DNA of 64,000 nucleotides. Source: Octopus sinensis. Its lineage: Eukaryota. The translations under genes were made by a program, and so were the position numbers. This document shows positions 61,132 to 64,000 of the stretch, in pieces (positions within the stretch are counted from its first letter, which is position 1; every line of letters begins with the position of its first letter). The notes below the pieces were generated by a model. The model saw only the letters and a program-made list of their open reading frames with translations, searched no databases and was not told the origin of the DNA. The stretch is from assembly GCF_006345805.1 (NCBI RefSeq), contig NC_043017.1:24366001-24430000 (forward strand). Reading direction: 5' to 3'.

Positions 61132-64000
61132 TATATAAATTGTACATATGAGATGCATTCCAAAAGCTTTGAACTTTTTTTAGGAGAGGCAGTTATGACT
61201 GCCTTAGGTTATTGTAATCTTAGTATATCATTACTATACATCTAAAAAGCTGACCTGCCAACTTTTGTCATTCTGGATTGAAGGAAATGGCTATAACAGC
61301 ACTTTGAACACTCACTATTAAACACTGCCACTATTAAACAGATGCCATGAGGACTGAACCCGGAACCATGTGGTTGAGTGACAAATAACAGAAAATACCA
61401 TAAAATAAAAAGGTCTAAGTACTGATTGATATACACACATACACAACACAAAATACATTTAAATTCACACACACAAAGAGGTAATTAAGAGGCAAAATGC
61501 TAAGTGTTTTTAAGGAGCTTCAGTCACTAACCTCAACTGTACTTCATACCACCCGCACATTTAGATCATACTCATTACTTTAATGTGTCTTAGTCAACGA
61601 GGCTGAATCATTAAATACTCTCTCACTTAACAGCTGATTGTCTACGTAATAATATTCTTACATTAAAATATTTCGATTAAATACAAAGAAAGTAATCAAA
61701 AAGAAACTCACAGTTTATATACAACCCTAAGATTTAAAAAGAGAAAAATTTAAGTATACCAAATGACAATGTTAGTATGCCAAGATGTAACTGTAGGCAC
61801 AGCTGTAGGGTGAAGTTTGTTTCTATATTGGAGACCTATGCTGTGTGACTATCTCTCTGATGGTTTCTTTGAGTCAGGCTTCCCTGTAACTAGAAATTTT
61901 TTTCATGGAGAATTAGAAATGAAGGATACTGTCTACAAGACTGGTACTCATTAAGAACCATCACTTGAAACCATGAAGGAGACAATAGCACATATACAGG
62001 ATGGTCAGGTAGTAGATACAGATTGAATGATGTATTTTCAAGGTCTGTTTGTGACTGACTACATTGGCACCTAAAACCAGTCAGCAAAAGTGTGTTACAC
62101 ACTACCACGTTATGTTCACTTACAAGTGATAGCTTTGAGTTTTATTTTACGGTTTTTATTTGTATTTTCTTCTACAGGGGAAACTGGTGTAACCCACTTG
62201 CCTTAAGGACAACACAAAATTAATTACTGATATTGAAATAGTTGAGACCTCTGTGTTGTATGCAGAGGTGAGTAATACAATCTGTCTCAGGTAATGTTCC
62301 ACACAGTCCTTGATTTAAACGTAAACATTAATGAAGGCCTTTCCAAAGGATGTCATTTGAATAAAAGCTTGTCATAATGGATAGGAAATAGAATGTAATA
62401 CAAAAGCATCATTAAGTGATGAGCCGTCAAATAGCTTCCATCCTCCTACATAGTAGGGGATTTCCTACTAACAAGCCAGTAATGGTAATACATTTACCAA
62501 TTAGTATCTTCAAATAATCCCAGTTTATGGAGCACTAATGAAGAAACCAAGTACAATACTTAACAAGAATGATACTGAGTGTGCGTTTTAGATAGAGAGA
62601 GAGAATGAATAAGTGAAAATGATGGAGAGTGAGAAAGAGAAAGGAGCGAACAAGTGAGCAAAAATAGGAGAGAGAAAATGAGAGATAGACAACAAGTGAG
62701 CAATAGTAGAAGAGAGAGAGAGAGAGAGAGAGAGTGAGTGAGTGAGTGAGAAACCATTCAAAGAGAATTTTTGTCTGAAGCCTGCAAAATGGTTAGTCAA
62801 CTTCCAATTCAAATTTTATCCTAAGAATCTACAAAGAACTGAAATCTCTTGTGTTTTTCTCAGCCTATCAACAAACTTGCAGTTTTGCTTTCAAGTGAAA
62901 GCACACCACTTGGCCACTAATTCTACACTATACCAATTTTATAATTTAATTTTTTAAGTTTCTATCAGCAACTTTTAAAGATCCTACAAATTTCTACCTT
63001 TCAACTTCAATTCAACTTTGACATCCATATCATCCTTCTCCTTCCTCCGCTTCTTTTCCCTCCAAGCTTTCCAGTCATCACCAAATCCTCCAGGCCCTCT
63101 TTCCTCATCACATGACCAAGAAATCTCAGTTGCTTGGCCCTTATCTCATGGCAACAGTTTCCTATTTACTGCAAGGAAATTGTCTATCAATAAACAACTG
63201 TAATAACTGAAGAGAATAAATCTTTTACTTTTCTCAATCCATCAGGCAAGTGCTAAGTTGAGATAAATGTTTACTTTTGATAAACTAGTCTACCACAGAC
63301 AGTTTTCCCTACTTCTAGAAGAAAGTGAATTAAACACAATGAACCAACTAACATTTGTCAATATAATAGTGTTCGCACTGCTTACAGTGAAAACTATACC
63401 ACTTGCAATACAACTAGAACTTGTCCTTGGAAAGTTAGATTCAATTAGTGGTATAGACACGCTGCTACCAGAAAAAGGATATTGCTTGCAAAATGAACTC
63501 CTTAACCACACAGCTATGCCTGTGCATAGTAGCATTGACATTTGTTATGGCTTTCATGACTGGAGGAAGTTATCCTCAGGTTAGAGACCTGGTATAAATG
63601 AGTTCAACAAAGTGAATTGTGGATCTTTTCGGTTTGAATGGCAGTTTTTAACATAATTTCTAGGTGAGTAAAAAATTTTAAGCTTTGTATACTGGTAGAA
63701 TGTGTTTATAAAACATCTATTTCTCTTGGCTTTATTGAGAAAATTCTATAGTTTGTAAGATATTTGTTGTTTTTTTTTCTTCAATTTCTGCAATTTCAAC
63801 CAATTACTGACGTCCATTGAGGTAAAAAACATTCTGTGCCGTATGAATATGTCCCTCGTTTAAGAAACAGATTGGGTTTATTTACATTTGTGAAGAAAAA
63901 AAAGATACCCTTCCCCCCACCCCTAACCATAAAACAGATTGAAATGCAATAGATCGATACTAGGGTCATAATTATGGGTGACAATTTCATATTACACCAC

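Noticed and set aside
60420-64000. Epsin ENTH-domain exons
   Set aside because: No NDPWGP, KNWRHVYK or DQG motifs in any minus frame I read; ORFs such as 63290-63541 are not ENTH-like. These exons must lie beyond the window.

Overview
Eukaryotic, AT-rich, repeat-dense genomic DNA, very probably from an octopus. That is an inference from the KRAB-less HCDICGKSF-type C2H2 array, the tRNA-derived SINE families and the microsatellite load. Three protein-coding genes are supported. (1) A FLASH/CASP8AP2 homolog on the minus strand, with three frame-consistent coding exons (4067-4171, 3045-3235, 133-1678) carrying the Lsm11-binding LDLY motif and the coiled coil. (2) A single-coding-exon, 17-finger C2H2 zinc-finger gene on the plus strand (12408-13931), head-to-head with FLASH. 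(3) The 3' part of an epsin on the minus strand, with five frame-consistent exons from 60352 to the stop at 30336 (UIMs, 5 DPW, clathrin-box-like LVNLD, 3 NPF); its ENTH exons lie beyond the window. The rest is transposon-derived: several tRNA-SINE families including head-to-tail stacks; RTE, CR1, R4/Dong and Penelope fragments; a Helitron; hAT, piggyBac, mariner, pogo and Ginger-like MITEs; a probable solo LTR; and simple repeats. Best leads: a candidate alternative exon and second 3' end inside the last epsin intron, a ~280-bp fold-back in the inferred long epsin 3'UTR, a near-perfect snap-back hairpin in an epsin intron, and a possible shared FLASH/ZNF promoter. No CRISPR array, rRNA or true tRNA gene was found. 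All alignments were done by eye; no database search was run.
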